Virus record (IMG/VR): IMGVR_UViG_3300033159_000018
Span: 1-12,725 of that record
Length of the DNA: 12,725 nucleotides
Strand: one strand, 5' to 3'
Position 1 is the stretch's first letter. Every line of letters begins with the position of its first letter. The translations under genes and the position numbers were made by a program. The notes under the pieces were generated by a model. The model was given only the letters and a program-made list of their open reading frames with translations. It was not told the DNA's origin and searched no databases. Shown one piece after another: positions 1 through 7,113 of the stretch.

Positions 1-1
1 T

Positions 2-454
2 TTCAGAGACGGTATATATGATGTTGATGTAAAGGGAAGGACAGTAGTTGATGTCGGTGCGGGGATAGGAGATTCGTCAATTTATTTTGCGTTGAACGGT
101 GCAAAGAAAGTCTATGCGTTTGACGTCAACACGACTTACTTAGAGAAGAACATAAGGGAAAACGATCTAAAAGACGTTGTTGAGCCAGTTCGTTGTGAAT
201 GCGGGCTTTCGAATAATTTAGATATTATAACGCTGAAATACAATATTCCTTCTGGGTCTGTACTTAAAGTAGATTGTGAAGGGTGTGAATACGATTTCTT
301 TAGTACTGCTCCACCACGTTGGATAAATAGATATCATACAATTATTATAGAATATCATAACGGCGTTCAACATCTTGCAGATCTACTTAGAGCATCAAGG
401 TTTAACGTTACGATTAAAGGAAACAGGAAGATCGGCTTGATATATGCAAGGTGA
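2..454 (+). CDS. FkbM-family SAM-dependent methyltransferase, 5'-truncated by the window edge
   Basis: The frame is open from base 2 and reads FRDGIYDVDVKGRTVVDVGAGIGDSSIYFALNGAKKVYAFD. It has SAM motif I (VVDVGAGIG), the FkbM-type LKVDCEGCE motif and IIIEYH. The track's start at 92 is internal. Confidence 0.88.
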   Translation, partial: FRDGIYDVDVKGRTVVDVGAGIGDSSIYFALNGAKKVYAFDVNTTYLEKNIRENDLKDVVEPVRCECGLSNNLDIITLKYNIPSGSVLKVDCEGCEYDFFSTAPPRWINRYHTIIIEYHNGVQHLADLLRASRFNVTIKGNRKIGLIYAR

Positions 455-460
455 TATGGG

Positions 461-1420
461 ATGAATCAGTATGATACACGAATAGCCCAATTACGTTTCT
501 TCGCATCCTTTTCCGTCGCTTTATATCACCTATGGACTCTTCAATTAATCCCCCTTGTGTTGTTTCGTCCTGGTTGGTTGGGCGTTCCCCTATTTTTCGA
601 GTTATCGATTTTTCTGCTCCTTAACAGGCTCGATGCAAATCCCTCACTCACTCATTACTTCAAAAGGAGGGTGAGGAGGATATGGCCACTTTATTTTCTC
701 GCCGTCGTCGTAGTATTCTTAGCCGACAGATATGTGCTCCACATGGACGTGACATATTACGACTTGATACTCCATTTTACGTTCGTTTCCTTCGTCCTTG
801 TACCGTTTTCCTTCCAATATCTCTTCTGGTCTCTCCAGCTGGAGGAATGGATGTACTTAGCCATCCCCTTCGTCCATCGGATGAGCGATAAAGCAAAATT
901 TCAAACAGCTGTTTTATTGATTTTTACATCGTTTTTCTACAGCCTCTTCATCGTCTTCCTCCCCTACAACGAGTTCCGCTTACTTTACTTCATGCCTCCA
1001 TTCTGGTTAGGGGCATACGGGTGGGGGATAATTGCTTACCTTTTGAAGAAGAAACAGAAAGGTGTATCAGCCAACAAAAAAGCGAAATATTTCATACTAA
1101 TACTTTACGCTCAATATGTTTTTACTGCACTGATATCTTCCTCTAACGAATTTGTATATGAGTTCTTCACAAGGTTCCTGATTTACAACTTGGCGTTACC
1201 CGCTTTCGCCTTCCTTATCATTAACCCACCCAAGGTACTCAGTCGCGTGACGGTCTTCCTTGGAGAGGTAAGTTATGGAGTTTATTTGTGGACTTTACTA
1301 TTTCAGGAACTTTTTGGGATAAGTGGAATACTTTACGGCATACTGACCGCTATCGCAACTGAGTTCCCACTGAGAAAAAGAGAAATAATAAGTAGGTTGA
1401 GTTCCCACTCAGCTCTATAA
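461..1420 (+). CDS. Acyltransferase family 3 (OafA/Oac-like) integral membrane O-acyltransferase
   Basis: Multi-TM protein with family motifs LRxxAxxxVxxYH, GVPLFFxLS, FKRRVRRIWPLY, WSLQLEEWMY and LGEVSYGVYL. Confidence 0.9.
   Translation: MNQYDTRIAQLRFFASFSVALYHLWTLQLIPLVLFRPGWLGVPLFFELSIFLLLNRLDANPSLTHYFKRRVRRIWPLYFLAVVVVFLADRYVLHMDVTYYDLILHFTFVSFVLVPFSFQYLFWSLQLEEWMYLAIPFVHRMSDKAKFQTAVLLIFTSFFYSLFIVFLPYNEFRLLYFMPPFWLGAYGWGIIAYLLKKKQKGVSANKKAKYFILILYAQYVFTALISSSNEFVYEFFTRFLIYNLALPAFAFLIINPPKVLSRVTVFLGEVSYGVYLWTLLFQELFGISGILYGILTAIATEFPLRKREIISRLSSHSAL
903..914. repeat. Palindrome AAACAGCTGTTT, intragenic copy
   Basis: Perfect 12-mer inside the acyltransferase gene. Confidence 0.7.
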
Positions 1421-1427
1421 AAAAGTT

Positions 1428-2348
1428 TCACATCCTCGCAATAATGTATAGGTAGTCTTCTCTGAGTTGTTTATATTTTACGTAAGCTTCATCTGGTAAT
1501 AATCGTGGGGTGTATACTACATGTGCAAAGTTCTTTTTCAGCTCGTTCTTCAGTAGAAGCCCGACGTTGATACTGTTGTAATCCCTAAGCGGGTGTTTAG
1601 TTTTCAACAATTTCCCTGTGATGTCTACAACGTTCTTATATACGTGCGACTCAGACGTCGTCATCGTCCGTGGTACTACTGTTACAGCATAAGACGATGG
1701 CATGGCTTTCATCAGCACACCAGACAGTCTCGTTTCCGACGGTATAGTCATAAGCACGTTGCTAAACTTTATCGCCCACGTCTGTGCGTATTTATGTATC
1801 TTTTCTAGCCTCAATCTATCCATTTTTCCTACCTGTTTGCCGAACCCTATCCCAGCGTCGTCTATAATTATCATCGGGATCTTGCTTATTCCGTAATTTT
1901 TCATCGCCTCGATCAGGTCGTCGAGCTGTAAGGGGTCGATGATAATGTGTGCGATGGCGACGTCCCAGTCGCCGTACAGTGCATATGCGAGCCACAACGC
2001 TAATGAGGATTTGCCTCCCCTAGCCTCCCCGCTGATGATCGTCGTTTGACCCGTGTCGATAGGGACAGGTCTGATTTTCATGAACTTGTGTTCCTTTCTG
2101 TCTATCGCGATTTGGTATATTGTATGCATCATGAGAACCGTTAGGTCTGCAATACCTTCCATGTAATATTTTCTAGACAGATCAATGTACTGCTTCTCCA
2201 TGTATGGGAAATCGATGAACTTTACATTGCCCTCATACACCTGTGTGTAGTATTTATCGAACATCGGCAATAACGAGTTGTAATCTACCTTCAGGAGTGC
2301 CTCCTCTGGGTTTGTGTCGTTTAACTTTATGTAATCATTTATTTGCAT
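1428..2348 (-). CDS. P-loop NTPase (viral ATPase)
   Basis: Walker A GEARGGKS and Walker B MIIIDD. The ATG at 2348 follows GGGAG and overlaps the end of the upstream 170-aa gene, implying translational coupling. Confidence 0.85.
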   Translation of the reverse strand: MQINDYIKLNDTNPEEALLKVDYNSLLPMFDKYYTQVYEGNVKFIDFPYMEKQYIDLSRKYYMEGIADLTVLMMHTIYQIAIDRKEHKFMKIRPVPIDTGQTTIISGEARGGKSSLALWLAYALYGDWDVAIAHIIIDPLQLDDLIEAMKNYGISKIPMIIIDDAGIGFGKQVGKMDRLRLEKIHKYAQTWAIKFSNVLMTIPSETRLSGVLMKAMPSSYAVTVVPRTMTTSESHVYKNVVDITGKLLKTKHPLRDYNSINVGLLLKNELKKNFAHVVYTPRLLPDEAYVKYKQLREDYLYIIARM

Positions 2349-2847
2349 CAACTCCCACCTTCTCCATTATTTCTTTTTTCAAAAGCTCATAATCTTCAGG
2401 CTTCCAAACCTTAATTATGCTGTAGTGGTCTTTCTGACCTCTCTCGAACACGACGGGTTTGGGCAATTTAATTTTCACCGTACTTACTTTTTCCGCGGGA
2501 TATACATATTTTATAATAAGGTTCTGGTCGTCAAACTGTAAATCGTAGACCTTCTTGGGGAGGAAGAGTAAATTGGTCACGTTGTATGTACGTTCTTCTT
2601 TAGCTAATTTGACCACTATCTTTTCTGGAAACAGTAAAACGTTGTATATGCCCTTCTTTTTCACGTTTATTGTTACCGTAGTCCTGGATTTCCTTTTGGC
2701 TTCAGGGTCGTTGCAATCTGCTTGGTATAATTCGTAAACGTCATCTCCTATTTCCTTGACCTTATAGCACTCCCAGGGAAACGAATATATCTTGACGTCA
2801 TGGTTATGGGTCTTTACTCTCCTTATTTTTTTCTTGTAGCCTTTCAT
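2335..2847 (-). CDS. Hypothetical basic protein (170 aa), co-transcribed with the ATPase
   Basis: Long ORF with a TTTAAA box about 25-30 nt upstream (leaderless). It overlaps the ATPase start. Confidence 0.75.
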   Translation of the reverse strand: MKGYKKKIRRVKTHNHDVKIYSFPWECYKVKEIGDDVYELYQADCNDPEAKRKSRTTVTINVKKKGIYNVLLFPEKIVVKLAKEERTYNVTNLLFLPKKVYDLQFDDQNLIIKYVYPAEKVSTVKIKLPKPVVFERGQKDHYSIIKVWKPEDYELLKKEIMEKVGVDANK

Positions 2848-2955
2848 ATGTATAAACTTAGCATATTTGCTTTAAATTACTGAACTACATAACGCCCTTC
2901 CAAGACAACCGATCAAAAGTTAAATAAATATACTAACCTAATTAGATTGGTAACT

Positions 2956-3588
2956 ATGTTAGATAACCTTTCTCTCCTTTTAGAAAAATATTCCCCTGTC
3001 CGCTTAGAGGAGATGCGGGATTATCTAGCCAAACAATATGAGGAGAATTTGTTCGAGATATATTGGGGTATGCTGATGTTAGTCCTAAATGAAGATAAAG
3101 AGCCAGAAATACTCTCAAAAGAAGCTGAAAAAATAAGGAAAGATTTTGGATTTATGTTTGATGATGACGGGACTATAGAAGAATATGTTAATACGGTAAT
3201 GAACGGGTTACAAAAACTTATTGATGAATTAATGAAAAATGAAGAGGAGTTCTACAACGAGGCATTAAATTCCGATAACCCTAATTTCCTAATAACCACT
3301 TATTATTCGTTGTATTTACGCTTCGTAACAAAAGTATACTTAAAACTACAGACTGTCACAAAAACAACAAAAGATTCTAGGATTAAAGATATATTCAATA
3401 TCGCTAATTTTCTAGTAGGATTTTTCGGGATGCCTATATTACTCTATATAAAGAAAAAAGAAGTATTCCCTTATATATCTGAACTAAGCGTAGTATTATT
3501 ACACGCACTAGTTGCCGATAGGACACCTGTACCGTCGAAGGACTCCTTAGGATATTATCTATTTTTCAAGATCCACGGAAGGTGCTGA
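2956..3588 (+). CDS. Hypothetical alpha-helical protein (about 210 aa)
   Basis: Long ORF. The ATG at 2956 lies about 26-35 nt after TTAAATAAATA (2920-2930). Divergent from the 170-aa gene. Confidence 0.75.
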   Translation: MLDNLSLLLEKYSPVRLEEMRDYLAKQYEENLFEIYWGMLMLVLNEDKEPEILSKEAEKIRKDFGFMFDDDGTIEEYVNTVMNGLQKLIDELMKNEEEFYNEALNSDNPNFLITTYYSLYLRFVTKVYLKLQTVTKTTKDSRIKDIFNIANFLVGFFGMPILLYIKKKEVFPYISELSVVLLHALVADRTPVPSKDSLGYYLFFKIHGRC

Positions 3589-3656
3589 AGGACTAATACA
3601 CAAACCGTGGTGCTAAAACATATGTTTTTTAATACACGAACTCAAATAATCTTCTT

Positions 3657-4208
3657 ATGGGACTGATTGGTTCCCTGGCAACTGTATTTTATAAGATCAA
3701 CGAGGGTATAATATATTCGACTTTTCTCGTCGATTTACTTGTAACGTTGATTAATTTCAACGAATACTCAACAAACCCCGCACTCGGAAATTATATATCG
3801 TTATTACTGTCGTTCAACTTGGTGCTGTACCTGGAACATATTCTGGGGAGTATATTTCAGAGCGGTGGCATACTAGTAGGAGGGGCAATAGCAGGGCTTG
3901 CTACTATTTCTGCGTTATTCACAAGGAATTACCTCTTGAACTTGTCACAGCAGGAAATGAGTACTATGCAAATAATCTTTATTTATTTACTGCTTCAGTT
4001 CATTTTCAACAGCTTCGAGAGCATTTTAGTGTATTTCACCGCTATACTCATACCTATGACGTCCAGCATATCGTTGCCGTTCATCGCCCCACCATTACAG
4101 CTGTTTGTCCATGACCTCTCGTTAATTATTGATTTCATAGCATCGTTCGGAGAAGTGATGAGCATAATATACGTCCTTATGGCAACAGGAATGTGGAGCG
4201 AGATGTAA
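3657..4208 (+). CDS. Multi-pass membrane protein (183 aa)
   Basis: About 4-5 hydrophobic segments, with a TTTTTAAT box about 25-30 nt upstream of the ATG. Confidence 0.8.
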   Translation: MGLIGSLATVFYKINEGIIYSTFLVDLLVTLINFNEYSTNPALGNYISLLLSFNLVLYLEHILGSIFQSGGILVGGAIAGLATISALFTRNYLLNLSQQEMSTMQIIFIYLLLQFIFNSFESILVYFTAILIPMTSSISLPFIAPPLQLFVHDLSLIIDFIASFGEVMSIIYVLMATGMWSEM

Positions 4209-4257
4209 AAATAGACATTATAAGTGGTATGGTGCAATATTTAATAGGGGATCCAGA

Positions 4258-4437
4258 ATGGTGGAAACACAAATCGATGAGCAGAAAAAGATCCTGGAGA
4301 GGATGCATAGCAGAGTAGATTATATCATGAACGCTTACAAGGAATACCTAGACGCGTTAGCAGAGTATGACAGAACTGGAGTGTTGAAAATTCACGGAAG
4401 AGTTCTTTATGTAAAAGAACATAAAAACCAAGAGTGA
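4258..4437 (+). CDS. Small protein (59 aa), absent from the ORF track
   Basis: GGGG SD at 4247-4250 and ATG at 4258. Translates as MVETQIDEQKKILERMHSRVDYIMNAYKEYLDALAEYDRTGVLKIHGRVLYVKEHKNQE*. Confidence 0.75.
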   Translation: MVETQIDEQKKILERMHSRVDYIMNAYKEYLDALAEYDRTGVLKIHGRVLYVKEHKNQE

Positions 4438-4463
4438 GAGACTAGTGAAAGTGTTAATACCTC

Positions 4464-4475
4464 AAACAGCAGTTT
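4464..4475. promoter_or_regulatory. Palindromic operator variant AAACAGCAGTTT
   Basis: 11/12 match, preceded by CTC as in other copies, about 66 bp upstream of the TATA of 4561. Confidence 0.6.
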
Positions 4476-4560
4476 TGTGAGCTATAGTTTAATGTAGGCT
4501 GGGCTTGTTTTTCCCTTCCCCCACCATCAGCTTTATTTGCTGTAATTCTAGGAATATAAT

Positions 4561-4896
4561 ATGATTACCCAAAAAGAAATGGTTTCGGCAATTTATAACT
4601 GTGTTAAGAAACATGAAAAACACCTCGTAGACGAGAAGGCTTTTTTGATTTCTCTTTCTGTAGGAATCCCTATAGACGATTTTTACGAAATTGATGATCA
4701 CCTTACTTATCGTGGTCTGATAAACAGTTATATTGCTGACTGCGAAAGTTATTTGTCTACAATAGATAAATACGATGAGAAAACAGTTTTAGAGGCTTCT
4801 CTGCACATGTTTAACTTAATAAGGAGAGGAGTGCGTGGGAAGTTAAACGAGAAAGCCTCAAAATTGCTCTCGGAACTTAATATATTCCATGGATAG
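4561..4896 (+). CDS. Hypothetical protein (111 aa), paralog of 5474-5812
   Basis: Shares NC..H..H, AFLI, C..Y, YDEKT and KLLSEL with the 112-aa protein. Leaderless start after TTTATTTG (4532-4539). Confidence 0.8.
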   Translation: MITQKEMVSAIYNCVKKHEKHLVDEKAFLISLSVGIPIDDFYEIDDHLTYRGLINSYIADCESYLSTIDKYDEKTVLEASLHMFNLIRRGVRGKLNEKASKLLSELNIFHG

Positions 4897-4917
4897 GTTT
4901 TCTGCAAAGTATGTTGT

Positions 4918-4960
4918 AAAAGAAATAGATAAGAACAAACAAAACAGAAAAGAAGAAAAA
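4918..4960 (-). terminator. T-rich terminator between convergent genes
   Basis: A-rich run on the plus strand (T/C-rich on the minus strand) immediately after the stop of 4967-5317. Confidence 0.5.
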
Positions 4961-4966
4961 CTAATT

Positions 4967-5317
4967 TTAGTCTTCTTCTAGCTTATCAATTTTTTTCAAA
5001 CATAATTTGAAGCTTCTGCATACATAGTACATCACTAATCCCGTTGATCCGTTATACTGCTCCAGCAGATACACCTTTTTAGTTTTAGACTGAAGTTGTA
5101 ACACAACTCTATAGACTGAATAATATGTCCTCGGGTAGTATTTTGCTGTATATAGTAGCTCAATATCTGCTTGAATTTCACTGCACTGACCTGTAGACTG
5201 GTTATATTTGTTCTCTACATCGACGTCGATTTTATTATTGCTAAATTTCAGTGAAACGACTTCGTCATCTATATTTAAGAATACTGAGTTCCCGCATAAG
5301 AACCCTATCTGACGCAT
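4967..5317 (-). CDS. Hypothetical protein (116 aa)
   Basis: ORF with its own promoter (CTTAAATA, 5356-5349), a GGG SD-like site and a downstream T-rich terminator. Confidence 0.75.
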   Translation of the reverse strand: MRQIGFLCGNSVFLNIDDEVVSLKFSNNKIDVDVENKYNQSTGQCSEIQADIELLYTAKYYPRTYYSVYRVVLQLQSKTKKVYLLEQYNGSTGLVMYYVCRSFKLCLKKIDKLEED

Positions 5318-5430
5318 TCTGACCCTGCTTATTCTCTTAGCAGATCTGTATTTAAGCTATGCAACAAGTTGAGCAAAACCTTGTGACACAAAGCCGTAGG
5401 TGGTGGGGTGGGTGATGACATAGAATCCTA

Positions 5431-5442
5431 AAACAGCTGTTT
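5431..5442. promoter_or_regulatory. Palindromic operator AAACAGCTGTTT
   Basis: Perfect intergenic copy, upstream of the 5317 gene. Confidence 0.75.
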
Positions 5443-5473
5443 GACAGTGCGAAATAATAAAAAAACACTGACC

Positions 5474-5812
5474 TTAGACCTTAATACCCAGTTCAGATAA
5501 TAGCTTTTTCTCTCTATCGGTAAACTTCACTTCTTTATTAGCGTAATAATACCACAATTTAACGCTCACATCCCTAATAGTTTTTTCGTCGTAAGAAGAG
5601 AAGATCTTAACATATTGGCTACACTCACCTTTTGCGTCCTCTAATTTATCGAAATAAGCAACATAATCAGTATCAGGTGCGAAAAACTCTAAATCGTCCC
5701 CCTTAGCTGAAGCTATTAGAAAAGCCATTGAATTCACTAATTTATGATCGTTAAAATGCTCACTTAAACAGTTTATGTAGGAAGAAATCCTCCATCTATC
5801 GAGTGATAGCAT
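5474..5812 (-). CDS. Hypothetical protein (112 aa), paralog of 4561-4896
   Basis: Ungapped 49-residue alignment from AFLI to YDEKT with the 111-aa protein. Strong BRE/TATA and a GGGG SD. Confidence 0.8.
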   Translation of the reverse strand: MLSLDRWRISSYINCLSEHFNDHKLVNSMAFLIASAKGDDLEFFAPDTDYVAYFDKLEDAKGECSQYVKIFSSYDEKTIRDVSVKLWYYYANKEVKFTDREKKLLSELGIKV

Positions 5813-5819
5813 TTAAGGT

Positions 5820-5870
5820 TCCCCATTACACTCTTCTCGCAGAAGTATATAAACTTTCTGCACAACATGT
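5820..5870 (-). promoter_or_regulatory. Conserved strong promoter/leader cassette
   Basis: ATGTTGTGCAGAAAGTTTATATACTTCTGCGAGAAGAGTGTAATGGGGA, nearly the same as the cassette upstream of 6593. Confidence 0.75.
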
Positions 5871-5909
5871 TATGAAGAAAGAGCGGGCTGGGCGTCGTGC
5901 TAAACAGAA

Positions 5910-5927
5910 CTCAAACAGCTGTTTGAG
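5910..5927. promoter_or_regulatory. Palindromic operator CTCAAACAGCTGTTTGAG
   Basis: 18-bp perfect palindrome centred about 69 bp upstream of the TATA of the 5812 gene. Confidence 0.8.
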
Positions 5928-5957
5928 AGAAAAAAGCATAAAAAAACGGGCTGGCTT

Positions 5958-6104
5958 TTAACCGTACGTTGCTTGCAAATAAGCAAATAGACCCTCGCAT
6001 TCCTCTTCGGAATGCGAGGGCGAATTGAAAAGAAAATAATATGTATCTGGGGAATAGCCCCGTAAATTATAATTGTTTTGCAATAATTCCAAACAGTTCG
6101 TCAT
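5958..6104 (-). CDS. Small protein (48 aa), absent from the ORF track
   Basis: Strong SD GAGGTGA overlaps the upstream gene's TGA. Translates as MTNCLELLQNNYNLRGYSPDTYYFLFNSPSHSEEECEGLFAYLQATYG*. Confidence 0.65.
   Translation of the reverse strand: MTNCLELLQNNYNLRGYSPDTYYFLFNSPSHSEEECEGLFAYLQATYG
5992..6020. repeat. 12-bp perfect GC-rich hairpin
   Basis: CCCTCGCATTCC-TCTTC-GGAATGCGAGGG, inside the 48-aa ORF. Confidence 0.7.
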
Positions 6105-6116
6105 TTGGGGCTCACC

Positions 6117-6593
6117 TCAGTGTTGAACTACCCATTCATCTTCTACTACAATATTTTTAACCCTAATTAAACCCTTATAAGCGGACACGCGGTAGGGTTC
6201 TCCATTCTTGGCTGGAGGGAGTATGACTCCCTCCAGCTTGGATTTCTTCAGTAATTCCTCAGCTTCTTGCCTCGAATTTGTAGTTCCCAAGCTCTCCATA
6301 TAAAATAATAGAACAGATTTGTGTAATTGCAAAAGTTGTACCTGGAACGGCAATGGAATTACACCAACAATACAATCGTACTGTGTAGTAAGTTTCTTCA
6401 GTTCATCTATGTTATTTGGCAGTGTGTCTATTTTATTTATATTAATGCACACTGTTGCTAAATCCTCTTGTTGCATCCTCAAAAGTTCGTGCCTGGTTAC
6501 TAGCAAGCAGTTCTGAAATTTCATAGGTTGGGATTGACCTGAACTTGAAGCTTGACCTGGAGTAGAGGTGTATTGACTTTGAATCTGTGCCAT
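6117..6593 (-). CDS. Hypothetical protein (158 aa), candidate Csx16/Csx20-like ring nuclease fold
   Basis: The gene itself is well supported by its promoter and SD GTGGGG. The motifs LLVTRH and DCIVGVIPL resemble Csx16 (FVSRH...GDxVIGTLP). The functional call is by eye only. Confidence 0.55.
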   Translation of the reverse strand: MAQIQSQYTSTPGQASSSGQSQPMKFQNCLLVTRHELLRMQQEDLATVCININKIDTLPNNIDELKKLTTQYDCIVGVIPLPFQVQLLQLHKSVLLFYMESLGTTNSRQEAEELLKKSKLEGVILPPAKNGEPYRVSAYKGLIRVKNIVVEDEWVVQH

Positions 6594-6599
6594 TTTTTA

Positions 6600-6650
6600 T
6601 CCCCACTATACTCTTCGCAGAATCGGTATATAAAGTTTTCTGCCTAACAT
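6600..6650 (-). promoter_or_regulatory. Conserved strong promoter/leader cassette
   Basis: ATGTTAGGCAGAAAACTTTATATACCGATTCTGCGAAGAGTATAGTGGGGA. Confidence 0.75.
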
Positions 6651-6690
6651 AACTGCACAACCACGAGGGGCGAAAGGGCGAGTAGAAATT

Positions 6691-6708
6691 CTCAGACAGC
6701 TGTTTGAG
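6691..6708. promoter_or_regulatory. Palindromic operator variant CTCAGACAGCTGTTTGAG
   Basis: One mismatch, centred about 69 bp upstream of the TATA of the 6593 gene. Confidence 0.72.
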
Positions 6709-6767
6709 AGAAAAGCGTCCAGCAGTGACAGCTGAACAAGTACGAAAGCCCGACCCTCACGGCAAAA

Positions 6768-6791
6768 TCCCTCAAACAGCTGTTTGAGGGA
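6768..6791. promoter_or_regulatory. Palindromic operator TCCCTCAAACAGCTGTTTGAGGGA
   Basis: 24-bp perfect palindrome. Confidence 0.8.
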
Positions 6792-6856
6792 GAACGTGTT
6801 TAAAAACACGGCTTATCTGAGCCAGAACTTGGGTGAGCCGAAATTATGAATTTAAA

Positions 6857-6881
6857 AAATTCTCCTAAAAGGGATCAAAAA
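6857..6881 (+). repeat. Degenerate inverted copy of the CRISPR-like repeat (anti-repeat), followed on the minus strand by a T6 tract (6859-6854)
   Basis: Plus-strand TCCTAAAAGGGATCAAAAA compares with the repeat TCCGTAAAAGGGATTGAAGG, in the opposite orientation to R1 and R2. Confidence 0.6.
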
Positions 6882-6913
6882 TGGAAGAATATACATTTGC
6901 TTCGTGCTGAATT

Positions 6914-7009
6914 CCTTCAATCCCTTTATGGATGCGATGGTGAAGGGGCATGTCTAAATTTAATTATGATGATACTTCCGTTTCCTTCAATCCCTTTTAC
7001 GGATGCCTC
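6914..7009 (-). CRISPR. Mini-CRISPR-like array (2 repeats, one 45-nt spacer), no cas genes in the window
   Basis: On the minus strand, R1 (7009-6984) is GAGGCATCCGTAAAAGGGATTGAAGG and R2 (6938-6914) is ATCGCATCCATAAAGGGATTGAAGG. Both resemble Sulfolobales 25-nt repeats (ATCCC-AAAA-GGGAT stem and ATTGAAAG 3' handle). The spacer is 6939-6983. Confidence 0.75.
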
Positions 7010-7030
7010 AAAGTTTATACTCAGCCGACT

Positions 7031-7046
7031 TTAATAAGTTTTTCTG
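7031..7046 (-). promoter_or_regulatory. BRE-TATA promoter for the mini-array
   Basis: Minus-strand CAGAAAAACTTATTAA. Normal archaeal spacing puts the TSS at about 7008-7010, the first base of repeat R1. Confidence 0.65.
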
Positions 7047-7113
7047 TACTCCATGGGAAGGCTCAGGATACAAAAAGAATGAGAAGTTGAGAAGTATTCT
7101 CCAAGAAATTCGT

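Noticed and set aside
682-2737. Short ORFs 682-891, 1593-1808, 1702-1896 and 2555-2737
   Set aside because: They are nested in or antisense to well-supported genes and have no evident promoter, SD or motifs.
3995-4701. Minus-strand ORFs 3995-4237 and 4489-4701
   Set aside because: They are antisense shadows of the membrane protein and the 111-aa gene.
4561-5812. Calling the 111-116-aa proteins AcrIII-1 (DUF1874) or AcrID1 because of their size
   Set aside because: I could not recognise the motifs of those families, for example the AcrIII-1 NAFS and GH motifs.
6950-7090. 46-codon plus-strand ORF starting inside the spacer
   Set aside because: It reads through repeat 1 and the array promoter in antisense. 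The start signal is more simply explained as captured spacer content, though a real gene is not fully excluded.
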